Origin: Rebecca billardiae RCC1528
Lineage: Eukaryota; Protista; Haptophyta
NCBI GenBank assembly: GCA_965240325.2
Contig: OZ251239.1
Location: forward strand, 1-64,000
Length of the DNA stretch: 64,000 nucleotides
Reading direction: 5' to 3'
The notes under the pieces were generated by a model, which was given only the letters and a program-made list of their open reading frames with translations, did no database searches and was not told the origin of the DNA. This document shows positions 10,480-22,948 of this stretch, piece after piece (position 1 is the stretch's first letter; every line of letters begins with the position of its first letter). Position numbers and translations under genes: made by a program.

Positions 10480-13400
10480 TGCCATGCTGACTCGCGAACT
10501 CCCGACGGAATTCGGGAGCGCGAGGGAAAAAAGCACCGCCCGGCGACCCACGCACAAAAAAAAACGACCCTCGGCAAGCATGGCGGCCCTCGTTCCGCCC
10601 GCGGGGTCAAAGACTCAAGGCGGACGTCGTGCTGTCCGGTGCGCACGCACGCCGACTCAGCGCGACTCAGCGGTGCGCGAGAGGGGCCACGCGCCGCCGA
10701 GCACCATGCGCTCGGTGCACCCCCTCCGGCTCGCACCGCCCACCCCGTAGCCCTTGCGACTGCACCCCCGGCGCGAGCGCACTGCCCGCTCGCTCGGCCC
10801 GCGCTGAAAGCAAACGCTGCCGGCTGCGCGCGGCCGCGCGAGCGCACGGCCGAGCGGCCGAGCGCGCTTGCTGGGGGGATGCACTCGCGTCTCCGCCACT
10901 CGCACGCACGACGCCGCGCAGTGCGTGGTGCCCGCCAGCCACGCGTGAACAGCTGCCAAGTCTGCGCGCAGAGCTCGGTCGCGGCGCGCGCGCGGCTGTT
11001 GAAAATAAAGGCTGCGCGACTCCTGCTCGCCACCGCCGACCCGCGGTGATCATGGGCGCCGGAGTGTGCGCTCGTCTCGACCGCCACGCACCACGACAAG
11101 GGACGGCCGCTCCCTCGAAGCGAGGCGCGTGCGCGAGCGTGCGCAGCGCGGCCGTGATGGCGCGCACCAGCGGCAGCTCGGACGAGGTGGAGGATGGGGG
11201 GGCGGGGGCGGGGGCGGGCTGGGCCGGTGCGTTGCGCCAGCCACGACAGCTGCTCGCCGCCGCGATGGTCGCGCTCGACAGTGCTTCGACAGTGCTTGTC
11301 TCGGCCGCCGCGGCAAGGCGAGCCCGCTCCTTCGACGTGAGGCGCGCGCGCGCCCGGCCGCACCGCAGTGGGACGGCCGTGCGCAGATGAGCTGGCGCTC
11401 ACGCGCGATGAGGAGCGCCCTGATGCTTGCCGCGCTCACTACGCGGCCCACCAGGCGCAAGCTTGACGGAGGGTAAGATGGGGGGCCGGGGCGGGGACAG
11501 CATCGACCGGTGCGAGGCGCTGGGCCGGCTGCGGCGCTCCACATCCGCAGCGCCCGGCCGCGCGGCCCGCCTCTCCGGCGCGGCCCAGCCAGCAGCGCTC
11601 GGCGGTAGCTGCCACAGTAGCAGCACCCGGCAGGCGCCGCCGCGCGCGCCGCGCGATCTGCTCGGGCGCGGAGTGGCAGCCTCGGTGCCGCAGGAGCGTG
11701 CGCGGCGGGGCTCACGCACGTCCCACCGCGCAAGAGCCGCTCAATCGGCAGCCCTGATGCGCCGCTCGGCGCGGCCGCGCTCCCTCCCTGACTGGGCCGC
11801 CCTTGCTGCACGCTGGGATAGTATACCCTCGCGGGCGTGGCCCGTCCGACCACCCGTTCGGCCGTCCACGTGGCCAGATTGCCCGCGCACAGCCATGCCG
11901 TGCTGCGCCACAACCGCACGCCTCGCCAGCCAAAAAGCAGAAGCCAGCAGTCGCCGCGTGGTCCGCTGGACACTCGCAGGCCGCGGCAACGGAGACGACA
12001 AATGGCGGCGGCGGGCGCGGGCGCGGGCGATGGCTGCCGGAGAAACGACGCTGACGATGCATCGACAGCTCGCCTGTGGACGCCCAGCATCGCGGAAGCC
12101 CCGCCCGAACCGCCGGGCGCAGCTGTTGGAGAGCCCACTGCGGGCTAGCCGGAGGCAGGTCGGACGACGAGTGAGACGGGGGGGGGGGGCGGGGGCGGGG
12201 GCACCCTTGGGCTGGTGCAGGCGCGGGTGCGGATACGGCGCTCCACGCACGTACCTCCAGGCGCACGACCGCCCCGTCCGACGAGGGCTCGCGCCCATCG
12301 CGCCGCGGGATGCAGACTCGTCCCCGCGTGGGGAGAGGCCATGCTGAATTCGCGCGCTGCCGCGACCAACGGTCGCTCGTCGGTGGCGTCGCGAAAAAAG
12401 AATACCAACCGATATTCCAGGCGACGAGACCCGGCCTCAAACGACCAACATGGCCGCGCTTCATCCCTGCCGTCCGCCGGGGGGCGGCTGCCGTGCGCGC
12501 CGGGTGCGCGCGCACGCCGGCGCAGTGGTACGCTAGGGGATCCACGCGCCGTCAAAGCACGCGCGCCTCGGCCATCGCGATCGCACGCGGCGGCGCGAGC
12601 GCATCACCGCGCCCCTCGCGCGGCCGCGCGGCCATGCGAACGCTGCCGGCTGCGCGCGGCGCGAGCACACGGCCGAGCGGTCAAACGTGCACGCCGGCAG
12701 GACGCACTCTCGCATCTCCACCTCTCGCACGACGACGCGCAGTGCTCGGTGCCCGTCGGCAACGCTTGATGCTGCTAGGTCTGCGCAGCCGCGACGCGCG
12801 AGCGGCGGTTCAACACGAGGGCTGCGCTCAGGACGGGACGGGCACGGTGCCCAGCCCGTTGGGAGCACGTCTCCCAGGGGTGTAGAATGGCGCTGCGCAG
12901 CCCATTGCCCCGGGGCGCAGGCTGGCCCGATGCCCCAAGCGCCCGCGTCGTCACACCGACCTCTGCCGCGCCAGACCGCGAGCATCAGTTCTGCTGGCGG
13001 GCTGCATCTAGACGCTGGAGCGCGCCCAGGGCGGGCCGGACGCACCTGCCGGGACGTCAGACTCGGTCTGCTGGTGGTATAGAGCGGCACTGCACCATAT
13101 TTGGCTTCGGGGCGCACTCTCAGCTGACGCCCCTAGCGCCCGAGCCTCTGCTCAGCAGAGCCTCAGCCACGCTCACGCTGCTGACATCGGCGGCATCAGC
13201 CAGTGGCGTCATTTCGGACATTTGTGCCGGCGGCCGGCGGCACATGACCATGTAGCAGACGCTGGGGCACGCCCGGGGCGGCTCTACTCGAGCGGGCTGC
13301 GGCCGGCCGTCGACGTGATGATTGGTCGGACCAGCCCAAACGCCTCGCCTGACGAGCGCCAGAGCGGGCGCGCATCACAGGGAGATCGAATAGCCAACGC

Positions 13401-14200
13401 TCGCGCGGCATTAATCTCGGCGGCGCGGCGCGCTCGCGAGCAGTTGCTGCTCACCTGAGGCAGGTCGGACGAGGTGGAAGATGGGGGCCGGGGGGCGGGG
13501 GCAGTTTGGGCCGGTGAGCGGCGCCAGCCACGGCAGCGCCGCGCTCTCGCCACGCGCCGCCGAGTAGCATGCGCTGCGGTCGCTCTGCTGGCTCGCACCG
13601 CCCCACGCGCTGCCGTCGCGCCCGCGCGGGCGCGTGATGAACGGCCGGCGACGGCTACGCGCGCGCTGCCCCGGATGCAGCGTCGGTGCCGCAGCCGCAG
13701 CCCGAGCATGGCTCGTGGTCGTCGCGTGCGCCCTCGCACGGGCAGCCCGCGGGGCTCCACGCCTCGCGCTCAGCTTGAATACTGCCGAGTGCCGCGCCTC
13801 GCTTCGCACCTCACCAGCCAGAAGGCAGAGGCCAGCAAGGCAACAACTGCCGCGTGGTCGTGGTCAGGACGCACACGCTGGCAGTGGCGATGCGCTACAT
13901 ATATACACAAATGGCGGCGGCGGGCGCGGGCGCGGGTGTTGGCTGCTTGACTAGACGATGCGCATGACGCTGCAGAGGCCAGCCCGGAGACGCCCGTCAT
14001 CGCTGATCCGCCGCCCGCCAACCCGCCACCCGAGGCTGTCCGACTGCATTACGCGGAGGGCTGCCGGGCCGTGCCGGCCAGCCGGACGTGCGTAGCGCTG
14101 ACGTAACTTCCAGCGCGGGCGCCGCGCCACGGGGGTAAGCTGGATGTTCAGTTCAGGTCGAGCAGGCCGCCTCCAAGCCGGGGGAGCCCTCACCGCCGCG
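10480..14200. repeat. Degenerate ~1.85-kb tandem segmental duplication, apparently non-coding
   Basis: Collinear diverged matches at ~10510/~12345, ~10812/~12639 (AACGCTGCCGGCTGCGCGCGGC) and ~11998/~13907 (ACAAATGGCGGCGGCGGGCGCGGGCGCGGG). Boundaries are approximate. Confidence 0.7.
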
Positions 14201-15125
14201 CAGCTGCGGCCAGATAGCGCTGATCTGCCGCCCGAACCACCCGGACCCGAGGTAGGCTGCTAGCTGGCATGCGGAGGGCCGCCGAGCACTCGGCCGGCCA
14301 GACGGGAGCGATAGCGCTACCCCTCGCGAGGAGGTAGCGCCACAGCGCCATATCGGGAGTCATCCGAGCAGCCAGCGCTGAGCCGCGCAAGTGCGCCCGC
14401 CCGGCCGCCAGGTCGGAGGCGGATGAGGCGCGACCCACGTGACCTGCATGGCTGGAGAGTAGGGCGCCGCTTCCAGCGCGACTGCTGGTGCCACCGCGCG
14501 CCCGCCGACCACACGCGCGTGCGGTCGCGTCTTGACCGCCACGTGCACACCCAGCTGCGCGGAGTCCCGCCGCTGATTTCAGTTTCTGGCAACGGGCGAG
14601 CCATGCGCAGCGCGCAAATGGCGGGTGCGCAGCTGCTGCCGTCTGGCGGTGGCGGTGGCGCCCACGCGCTCAGGTCAGAATTGACGAGATGCTAGATGGG
14701 GGGCCGGGGGCGGGGGCGGCTGGGCCGGCGCGCGGCGCCGGTCGCGACACTGGCTGCCGCGCGTAGCAGGCCCTGGCCGGCGCTTCCGCACCCGCACCGC
14801 GCCGCGTCACTCTTACACTAGGCCGCGGCAGCCGGCGGCGCCAATACCGGCAGGGCAGTGAGCGGGCAACCTGCGCGGTGCTGCCGACCGTTCCCTCGAT
14901 CGAGTTTTTCTCGACGAATGTCGTGACTGGCTCGGTGAACGCGCGCCCACTGTCTGGGCGGACACGCGCCTCACCGGCTCCGTCGACGCGCTCGGGTGCC
15001 GCGGCGGCCGTTGGTGCGCACCGGACTTCTTTCCTTTTGAATTCGCCGACGAAACACCTGCCATCGTGCCGCCGAGAGCTGCCAACCCCAGCGCCTCTCC
15101 TCTTGCGCACCCGCCGCGCGACGGG

Positions 15126-16247
15126 ATGCTCGGCGCCGCGGCGCTGCTCGTGGCGGCGGGGCTGGGCGCGGCGGCGCCGGACGCGGCGGCGGCGTCGCGG
15201 CCGATGCAGGTGATGGCGCTGCAGCGCTCCGGCTCGTACATGCTCTCGCAGCTCCTCGAGCGCACCTTCGACACGGCCGCGTACGCGCCGCCCAACGGCA
15301 GCGCGCCGTGGTCGTACTGCCTCAAGTGCGTCGGCTGCGTGGTGGAGGGCGAGGGCGGGCTGGCGCGCAACGCGCCGGGGACGAAGCACTTCCGCATCGA
15401 CCTCACCAGCTACCGCCCCAAGCCGCAGTACCGCCGCTGCCGCTTCCCCGCGCTCGCGTACTCGGTGCGCGCGCTGCCCGACCTGACGGCGCTGTACGCC
15501 GCGCCGATGACCTTTGTCGTGCTCGCCAAGGAGCCGGTGGCGTGGTTCATCTCGGTGCTCAAGTTCTACCCGAAGCTCGACTGCACCGACGTGCGCACCG
15601 AGCGCTGCGCCGAGTTCCTCTCGCGCTGGCACCGCTACTACGGCCGCTGGCTCGAGCTGCGCGACGCCGCCGACGGCGCCGCCGCCGCCGACGCCGCGCC
15701 GCGCAGCGCGCTGAGCCTCGTGCGGTACGAGGACGTGCTCGCCGACCCGGAGCGCGTGCTCGACGGCCTCGGCGCGGCGTACGGCTGGCGCCGCGTGCGC
15801 GACCGCGCCACGCCGCTGCAGCTCGAGCACATGCGCGTGAAGGTCTCGGGCCGCACCTCGTTCCGCAACAAGCAGCGCGAGGCGGCGCAGCGCACCTTCC
15901 TCACGCGCAAGAACCTGCGCGCGCCCGGCCAGGCGCGGCACGAGGACGACCCGCTCGGCTGGTACACGCACAACTGCGCGCACCTCCGCGCGCTGCTCGC
16001 GAACACCACCGTGCCCGCGCGCCTCGGCTACGACCTGTGGTACCTGCGCAAGTGCGACCCGCCGCACGTGCCGCGCGCGCGCCGCGTGCTGCTCGACGCG
16101 CTCGCCGCCGCCGCCACGCCGCCGTGGCTCGCGCTCACGCTCGCCGCGCTCGCCGCCGCGGCGTTCGGCGTGCGGTGGGCGCGCCGCCGCGCGGCGGGCG
16201 CCGCGGCGCGCGGCGACTACGCGCAGCTGCGGCCGGACGGCGGGTAG
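15126..16247 (+). CDS. Sulfotransferase (P-loop, PAPS-dependent) with signal peptide and C-terminal TM helix
   Basis: Signal peptide MLGAAALLVAAGLG; 5'-PSB-like LQRSGSYML; 3'-PB-like VLAKEPVAWFIS; LVRYEDVLADPERVL; C-terminal hydrophobic WLALTLAALAAAAFGV. Codons are GC3-rich and there is no intron. Confidence 0.8.
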   Translation: MLGAAALLVAAGLGAAAPDAAAASRPMQVMALQRSGSYMLSQLLERTFDTAAYAPPNGSAPWSYCLKCVGCVVEGEGGLARNAPGTKHFRIDLTSYRPKPQYRRCRFPALAYSVRALPDLTALYAAPMTFVVLAKEPVAWFISVLKFYPKLDCTDVRTERCAEFLSRWHRYYGRWLELRDAADGAAAADAAPRSALSLVRYEDVLADPERVLDGLGAAYGWRRVRDRATPLQLEHMRVKVSGRTSFRNKQREAAQRTFLTRKNLRAPGQARHEDDPLGWYTHNCAHLRALLANTTVPARLGYDLWYLRKCDPPHVPRARRVLLDALAAAATPPWLALTLAALAAAAFGVRWARRRAAGAAARGDYAQLRPDGG

Positions 16248-16505
16248 CAGCAGCAGCAGTACAGCAGGCTCAGGCGGCGTCCGCCGCTGCTCACTGGCTG
16301 CTGCCTGGCTGCCTGCAGTCTAATTTGGAGTAATTATAATAAGTGTCGTAGTATGTCGCGTACCTATAGTGTCGTCAGACGCGCGACGCCGTCCTCGTCG
16401 TCCGACGGACCGTCCGCGGGCGCATATCACTGTAACTGTTATTTATTATAATTCACCGCGACGAGACTGCTGAGCTCATCAGACCAAGTCATTATTGAAT
16501 AAGTG

Positions 16506-18331
16506 CTAGGGCATCACGCCGAGCGCGTTGAGCGCGGAGAGCACCACCGAGACGGCCGCGAGCAGCAGCGCGAGCACCGCCAGGCACGGGTGCGCGAGCG
16601 CGCGCGCGACGGGGTGCCGCGCGCGCCCGACGAGCGGCCGGCTGCCCAGCCGCGCGCGCAGCAGCATGAGCGCGGGCAGCACCAGCCCGACCACAAAGCT
16701 GCGCGGCGCGCGCGCGCGCACAGGCGCACAGGCGCACACGCGCACAGGCGCACAGGCAGGCGGGCGCACGCGGGGCGGAGGGAGCGGGCGGGGGCGTGGG
16801 CGCGGCGCGCGCGCGGCGCGCGCGCGGGCCGCGCGCGGCGCGCGTCCGCCCTCGGCGCCAGATGTTCTCGTCAGCCGGGCGCGACGGGCGTGCAGTGCAG
16901 CCCGCCGCGCCCGCTCCGGTTCTGCCCTATCTGGAATGGATCGTCAGCGGGCGGCCGCGCGCGCGCCGTGTGTGCGCGCGGGTGGCGCGCGCTGCACCTG
17001 AAGAGGCCGGTCAGGTCGAAGACGACGCTGAGCCGGTGGAAGCACGCGCTGAGCACGCACGGCGGCGCGACGGCGAGCAGCCGCCACAGCGCCACGCCCG
17101 CCTCCCGCCCGCCCCTCGCGGCGCGCAGCCTGCGCTCGGCCACGTACTGCAAGTTGGTGGCCAGCACGATGGCTGACAGCGGGAACGACGAGGCGGCGGC
17201 GAGCACGGGCAGCAGCAGCACGGCGTCTCGCGCGAGCACGGCCCACGCGGGCGGGGCGGCCCCGCCGTCGAAGCCGACCCCGTCGTACCCCTTCCAGTTC
17301 AGCGTGCCCAGCTGCTCCGTGCGCTCGCCAAAGTAGAGCGCGAGCGCGCCCACCGCGGCGCTGAGCGCGCCCGTGGTGAGCAGCGCGCACCCCATCACGA
17401 CGTGCGCGCGCTCGGGCGCGGCGGACGCGCGCACGAGCGCGGGGGTCTGCAGGTGGCAGATCTGCGAGATCGAGATGGTGGAGAAGGCGATGCCCAGCCC
17501 GTCGCTCCACCGCCGCTCGCGCAGCGCGCGCGCGCCCAGCGCGCCGAGCGCGCGCCGCGCGCCGCCGCCGTCGCCGCGCGCGCCCAGCGCGGCGCCGAGC
17601 ACGGTGCCCAGCATCAGCGCGACCGCGCCGAAGCGGTAGAGCGTGAGCGCGCCCTGCGCGCGCTGCTGCCGCGCGAGCGGCACGAGCGAGAGCGGGAACA
17701 TCAGCCCGCCGAACGCCAGCGAGACCAGCCGGTTGGCGCGCACGCACGGCTGCGACGGGTGCGGCGCGTAGACGTCGCACTCGGGCCCGCCCACGCCAAA
17801 CGCGCCGCTCAGCAGCAGCGTGGCGGTGGCGGAGAACATCGAGGCGTACGACCAGAGCAGGCCGTACGTCATGAGCAGCACCGTCACCGCCGCGAGCGCC
17901 TCGCCCTTCCGCCCGAGGAACGCCTTCACCAGCCCGATCCAGTCGGCGTCGCCGCCCGCGCGCCGCAGCGCGAGCAGCAGCCAGCCGAGCGTGAGCACGT
18001 ACACGGACGTCCAGCCCGCGACGAAGCAGAGCGCGAGGAGGACGCCGGCGGAGTGGAACGCAAAGGGCAGCCCGACGATGCCCGAGCCCACCACCACGTT
18101 GATCGTCATCACGTACAGCGCCGCGTCCGACATGCCCTCGCCCTCGGCGCGCGCCGGCGCGCCCGCCGCCTCGTCCGCGCCGTCGGCGGCGCCGTCGGCG
18201 TCGTCGGCGCCGACGCCATCGCCGGTGTCGGCGACGACCGCCTCGAGCGGCCGCTCGCGCGCCGACGACACCGCCTCGTTCGCGAGCAGCCCGTCGCCGA
18301 GCTCGTCGAGCGACGAGTCGGGCGTGCTCAT
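16506..18331 (-). CDS. Amino-acid transporter (AAAP/Aa_trans family, TMEM104-like); intron 16699-16997
   Basis: INVVVGSGIVGLPFAF motif and many TM segments. Removing the GT..AG intron restores GLFSFVVGLVLP. Confidence 0.85.
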
Positions 18332-18425
18332 CACGGCGGCGGCGGTGGCTCGTCGCGTCGCTTCGTGCCGCCGCCGCCCGTTCAGACTTTGGAGAGTTTC
18401 GTGCGCGCGCGACCCGCCGGATTCG

Positions 18426-19430
18426 ATGGCGGCGGGAGCGCCGCGCGTGGCGGTGATCACCGGCGCGTCGGCGGGCGTGGGGCAGCAGACGGCGATCGCG
18501 CTCGCGCGCGAGGGCCTGCGCGTCGTGCTCGGCGTGCGCCCGGGCAAGACGGACGCCGCGCGCGCCGCGGTGCTCCGCGCGTGCGCGGCCGCCGAGGTGG
18601 AGGCGTACGCGCTCGACCTCGAGGAGCTCGCCTCCGCCGCCGCGTTTGCGCGCGCGGTCGCGGCGGCGCACGGCGCGGTGCACGTGCTGGTCAACTCGGC
18701 GGGCGTGGGCGGGCTCAACCGCGCGCCGCGCGCCGCGCGCGACGGCAGCGGGCGCGACGCGCTCTTCGCCGTGAACGCGCTCGGCCACGTGCTGCTCACG
18801 CGGCTGCTGCTGCCCGCGCTGCTCGCCGGCCGCGGGCGCGTGGTGTGCGTGAGCTCGGTGATGCACCGGTGGGGCCACACGCGCTGGCGCGAGGCGGCGC
18901 GCTTCGCGCCGGGCGTCAGCCAGTACTGCGTGTCCAAGCTCGCGCTCTGCGCGCTCGCGACCCACCTGAACGCGACGCTCGCGCCGCGGCTGGGCGCGGC
19001 GTGCGCCAACCCGGGCGCGGTCAACTCGGAGATCTGGTACCGCGGGCAGCTGGGCGCGGCGGCGGAGGGGTACGTGCTGCGCCCGCTCTTCGGCGCGCTC
19101 ATGCTCACGCCCGAGCAGGGCTGCGCGACCAGCGTCGCCGCGGCGCTCTGGCCGCTCGGCTCGCTCGTGGCCGCGCGCGGCGGCGCGCGGCTCTGCCTCT
19201 GCCCGTACGTCGCGCCCTACGTGGTGCCCGCGGCCGCACCGCTGCCCTTCGAGCTGCACGGCCCGTTCGCCGGCGCGCGGCCGTGCGCGCCGGCCGCCGC
19301 CGCCCTCGACGTGCGCGCGGCGGCCGAGCTGTGGGCGCTGTGCGCGGAGGAGGCGGCCGAGCACCTGGGCGGCGCCGCGGACCCGACGGCTCCGCCGGTC
19401 GATGCGCAGCAGCAGCCTCCTCCTCAGTGA
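18426..19430 (+). CDS. Short-chain dehydrogenase/reductase (retinol dehydrogenase-like)
   Basis: VAVITGASAGVG Rossmann motif, LVNSAG, VNALGH, catalytic YCVSK, NPGAVNS. Confidence 0.92.
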   Translation: MAAGAPRVAVITGASAGVGQQTAIALAREGLRVVLGVRPGKTDAARAAVLRACAAAEVEAYALDLEELASAAAFARAVAAAHGAVHVLVNSAGVGGLNRAPRAARDGSGRDALFAVNALGHVLLTRLLLPALLAGRGRVVCVSSVMHRWGHTRWREAARFAPGVSQYCVSKLALCALATHLNATLAPRLGAACANPGAVNSEIWYRGQLGAAAEGYVLRPLFGALMLTPEQGCATSVAAALWPLGSLVAARGGARLCLCPYVAPYVVPAAAPLPFELHGPFAGARPCAPAAAALDVRAAAELWALCAEEAAEHLGGAADPTAPPVDAQQQPPPQ

Positions 19431-19515
19431 CGAACTGACGATGATAGACGTGTTACAATATTGAAAAACATGACGACGACGACGAAAATAAAGTCGATCT
19501 CCGCCGGCCGCCATC

Positions 19516-22500
19516 ATGTCGTCGGCGGCCTCCTTCCGCTGGCGGCGCTTCGACTTCTTCGTCGAGGCGGCGCTGGGCGCGGACGCGGCGGACGCGGCCG
19601 CGGCGTCGGAGGCGCTGCGCGCGATCCGCGTCACCTGCGTCGCCGGCTCGGGCGCGCCGTCCGGCGGCCGCCTCGCGATCGGCGCCGCCGACGGGCGCGT
19701 GCACCTGCTGGGCGCCGAGCTGCGCGCGCTCGCGTTCGTCGCGCACGCGGACGGGGTGTCGCAGGTGCAGCAGCTGCAGGCGGGCGCGCTGCTCGCGACG
19801 CTCGGGCACGACCGCGAGAGCGCGCCGTGCCGCGCCTCGCTCAAGCTGTGGCGCGCCGACGGCGCGCGCGGCTCCGCGCCGTCGTGCGCGCGCATCCTCA
19901 AGCTCTTCCCGAGCGGCGCGCCCGAGCCCGAGCCGACGGCGATGCGCGTGTCGGAGTGCCTCGGCTGCGCGGCCGTCGGGCTGCGCACGGGCGGCCTCCT
20001 CCTCGCGCGCTGCTCCGACCTCGTGCGCGACCGCTTCGCCAAGCTCCGCCCGCTCGACGCGCCGCCGCCGCCGGCGCGCGAGCGCGAGCCGGCGGGCGGC
20101 GGCGGCGCGCGCGCGGAGGAGGAGGAGGAGGCGGGCGCGGACGGCGTGGTGGAGCTCTTCTTCAGCGGGCGCGCGCACGTGGCGGACGACGAGGGCGGCG
20201 GCGCGGACGGCGGCGTGCACGTCGCCCCGCCGTGCGGCCGCGCGGGCGGCGGCGGCCTCGGCCTGTTTGTGGTGGGCTCGCGCACGGTGGGCGCGCTCAC
20301 CGGCCTGGGCACGCGGCACGAGGCGCGCGCCACGCTCGACTCGGTCGGGTGCGCGCCGGGCTGCGCGGCGCTCGCGCCGTCGGGGCTGCTGCTCGTCGGC
20401 CGGCTCGAGGCGGTCTACGTGTACGCGCTCGCCGAGCGCGGCGTCGCCTTCGCCTTTGGCGGCGCCAAGCTGCGCGTCGCGTGCGTGGGCGGCTACCTGG
20501 CGGTGCTCGCCACGCCGCCCACGCTGCACGCGCCCCAGCCGCGGCAGCCGCAGCCTCCTGAGGGGGAGGAGGGGGCGGCGCCCGCGGCGCGCGGCGCCGC
20601 CGCCGCGCGGCCGCCCGTGCTCACGCTGTACGACCTGCGGCACAAGCTCATCGCCGCGCAGCTGCCGGTGCCGGGCGCGCGCGCCGAGTGCGCGCGCGTG
20701 GCGCGCGAGTGGGGCTGCGCGCTCGTGCTCGGCGCACTGCAGCCGCCCCTGCGCGCGCTGCGCGAGCGGCCGCTGTCCGAGCTGCTGGCCGAGCTGGTCT
20801 CGCGCGGGCACCACGAGGCCGCGCTCGCGCTCGCCTCCGCGCGCGGCCTGCCCCGCGCGCAGCTGGCCGCGCTGCACGGCGCGTACGCGGACGCGCTCGA
20901 CGGCCGAGGCGAGCACGAGGCGGCGGCGCCGCACCACGCGGCCGCCATACCGCACGTGCCGCCCGCGCGCGTGGTGCGGCGGTACGTGGACTCGAGCCAC
21001 GCGCCGTACCTCGCGCGGTACCTCGAGGCGCTCCACGCCGCCGCGCACGCGCCGCCGCCCGCCGCCGCCGACGGCGCGCCCTGTGCGCGCGTGGCGCTGA
21101 GCGCTGAGCACACGCAGCTGCTGCTGGCGTGCTACCTGCAGGCGGACAGGTGCGCGCCGCGCGAGCACGCGCGCGCCGCCCCGTCAACGCCGCGCGCGGC
21201 CTGACGCGCGCCCCGCGCGCCGCGCGCCGCCGCAGGCGCGCGGACGCCGCGGCGCTCGTCGGCACCGACGGCGGGCGGTGCGCGCCCGGAGGCGCGTCCG
21301 CGCGCGGCTTTGACGTGCGCGGCGCGCTGGCGCTGTGCGTGCGCGCGGGCCTGGTGGAGGCGGCGCTCGAGCTGAGCAAGCGGCACGGCCTGCACGCGGA
21401 GCACGTGGGGCTGCTGCTGCACGCGTGCGAGCCGCCGCGCGCCGACGCCGCCATCGCGCACGTCGGCACGCTCGGCTGGGCGGCCGCGCGCGGCGCGCTG
21501 CTCGCGCACGGCCGCGCGCTGCTGCTCGAGCGGCCGCCGCGGCTGGTGGGCGCGCTCATGCACCACCTGGCGCGCGCGGAGGCGGAGGGGCAGGGGCTCG
21601 CCGACCTGCCCGCGTTCGTCGCGCTGTTCGGCGGCCGGCCGCACTGGCTGCGCGTGCTGCTCGAGTACGTGTCCTCCACGCACCTCCAGCCCGCGTGCAG
21701 CCCGGCCGCCAACCACGCGGCCGCCAACCACGCGGGCGCGGGCGCGGCACCCGCCGCGCACGGCGGCGGCGCGGGCGCCGACTCGGGCGGAGTCGGCGTC
21801 AGCAGCGTCAGCAGCCTGGTGTACGAGACGCTGCTCGAGCTCTACCTCACGCCCGCCGAGGCGCAGCCGGCCGCGGGCGGCGGCGCGCCGGGCGGTGGGG
21901 GCGCGTGCGAGCCGTCCGAGTGCGCGCCCAAGGCGCTCGCGTTGCTGCAGGCCGCGTGGGGGCGGTACGACTCGACGCGCGCGCTCGCGCTCTGCCACCA
22001 GCGCGGCTTCACGCCGGGTGCGGCGCGCGCGCGCGCGACGAGCCGGCGCGCGCGCGCGCGGCGCGCGGCGCGGCGGCTCTCACGCGCCGAGCCCAACCCC
22101 TCGCCCCGCGCACGCGCGCAGGCGCGGTGTGCGTGCTCGAGCGCAGGCGCGAGTACGGCGCCATCCTCGCGCTGCACGCGGCGCACGCCGAGCACGCGCA
22201 GCTGCTGCACGCGTGCAGGCGGCACGGCGAGCAGCAGCCGGCGCTGTGGGCGCGCGCGCTCTCGCACTTTGCGCGCGCGCACGCGCAGCTCGGCGCCGCC
22301 GCGCGGCCGAGCGCCGCCGGCTCGGCCGAGGCGGCGGAGGCGGAGGGTGCCTCGGACGGCGAGGCGTCCGACGGTGCGCCGCCGGACGAGGAGGGCGCGC
22401 TGCTCGACGGGCTGGGCGAGGCGCTGGCGCAGGTGGACGCGCGCGCGCTGCTGCCGCCGCTGCTCGTGCTGCAGGAGCTCAGCGCGAGCCCGACGCTGCC

Positions 22501-22948
22501 GCTCGGCCTCGCGCGCGACTACCTGCTGCACCACCTGCGCGCGCTGACCGAGGCGGCGAGCGACGAGGCCGCGCACGCGGCCGCGCTCGCGCGCGAGGCG
22601 GAGCGCTCGCGCGCCGAGCTGCGCGAGCTCGCGGCGGGCGCGCGCGTGTTCCAGGCGGCGCGCTGCGCCAAGTCGGGCGCGCCGCTCGAGCCGCCGACGG
22701 TGCACTTCCTCTGCATGCACTCGTTCAACCGCTCCGCGCTGCCCGAGCCCGGCGCGGACGGCGCCGACGCGTGCCCGCTGTGCGCGCCCGAGCACGCGCG
22801 CGTGCTCGAGCGGCAGCGCGCGCTCGCGGCGCGCGCGGCGCAGCACGACGCCTTCTTCAAGCAGCTCGAGGGCAGCACCGACGGCTTCGCCACCGTCTCG
22901 GACTACTTTGGCCGCTCGGTGATGACGCCGCCGCTGCCGCCGCGCTAA
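19516..22948 (+). CDS. VPS11: Vacuolar protein sorting 11 (HOPS/CORVET core); introns 21150-21235 and 22018-22121
   Basis: N-terminal WRRFDFF; RING-like C-terminus FQAARC..PTVHFLCMHSF..CPLC; VPS11_C-like HDAFFKQL..DGFATVSDYFGR. Both GT..AG introns join the frames correctly. Confidence 0.92.

Noticed and set aside
9414-14800. Numerous overlapping Arg/Ala/Pro-rich ORFs
   Set aside because: No motifs or consistent GC3 frame; the region consists of decayed duplications.
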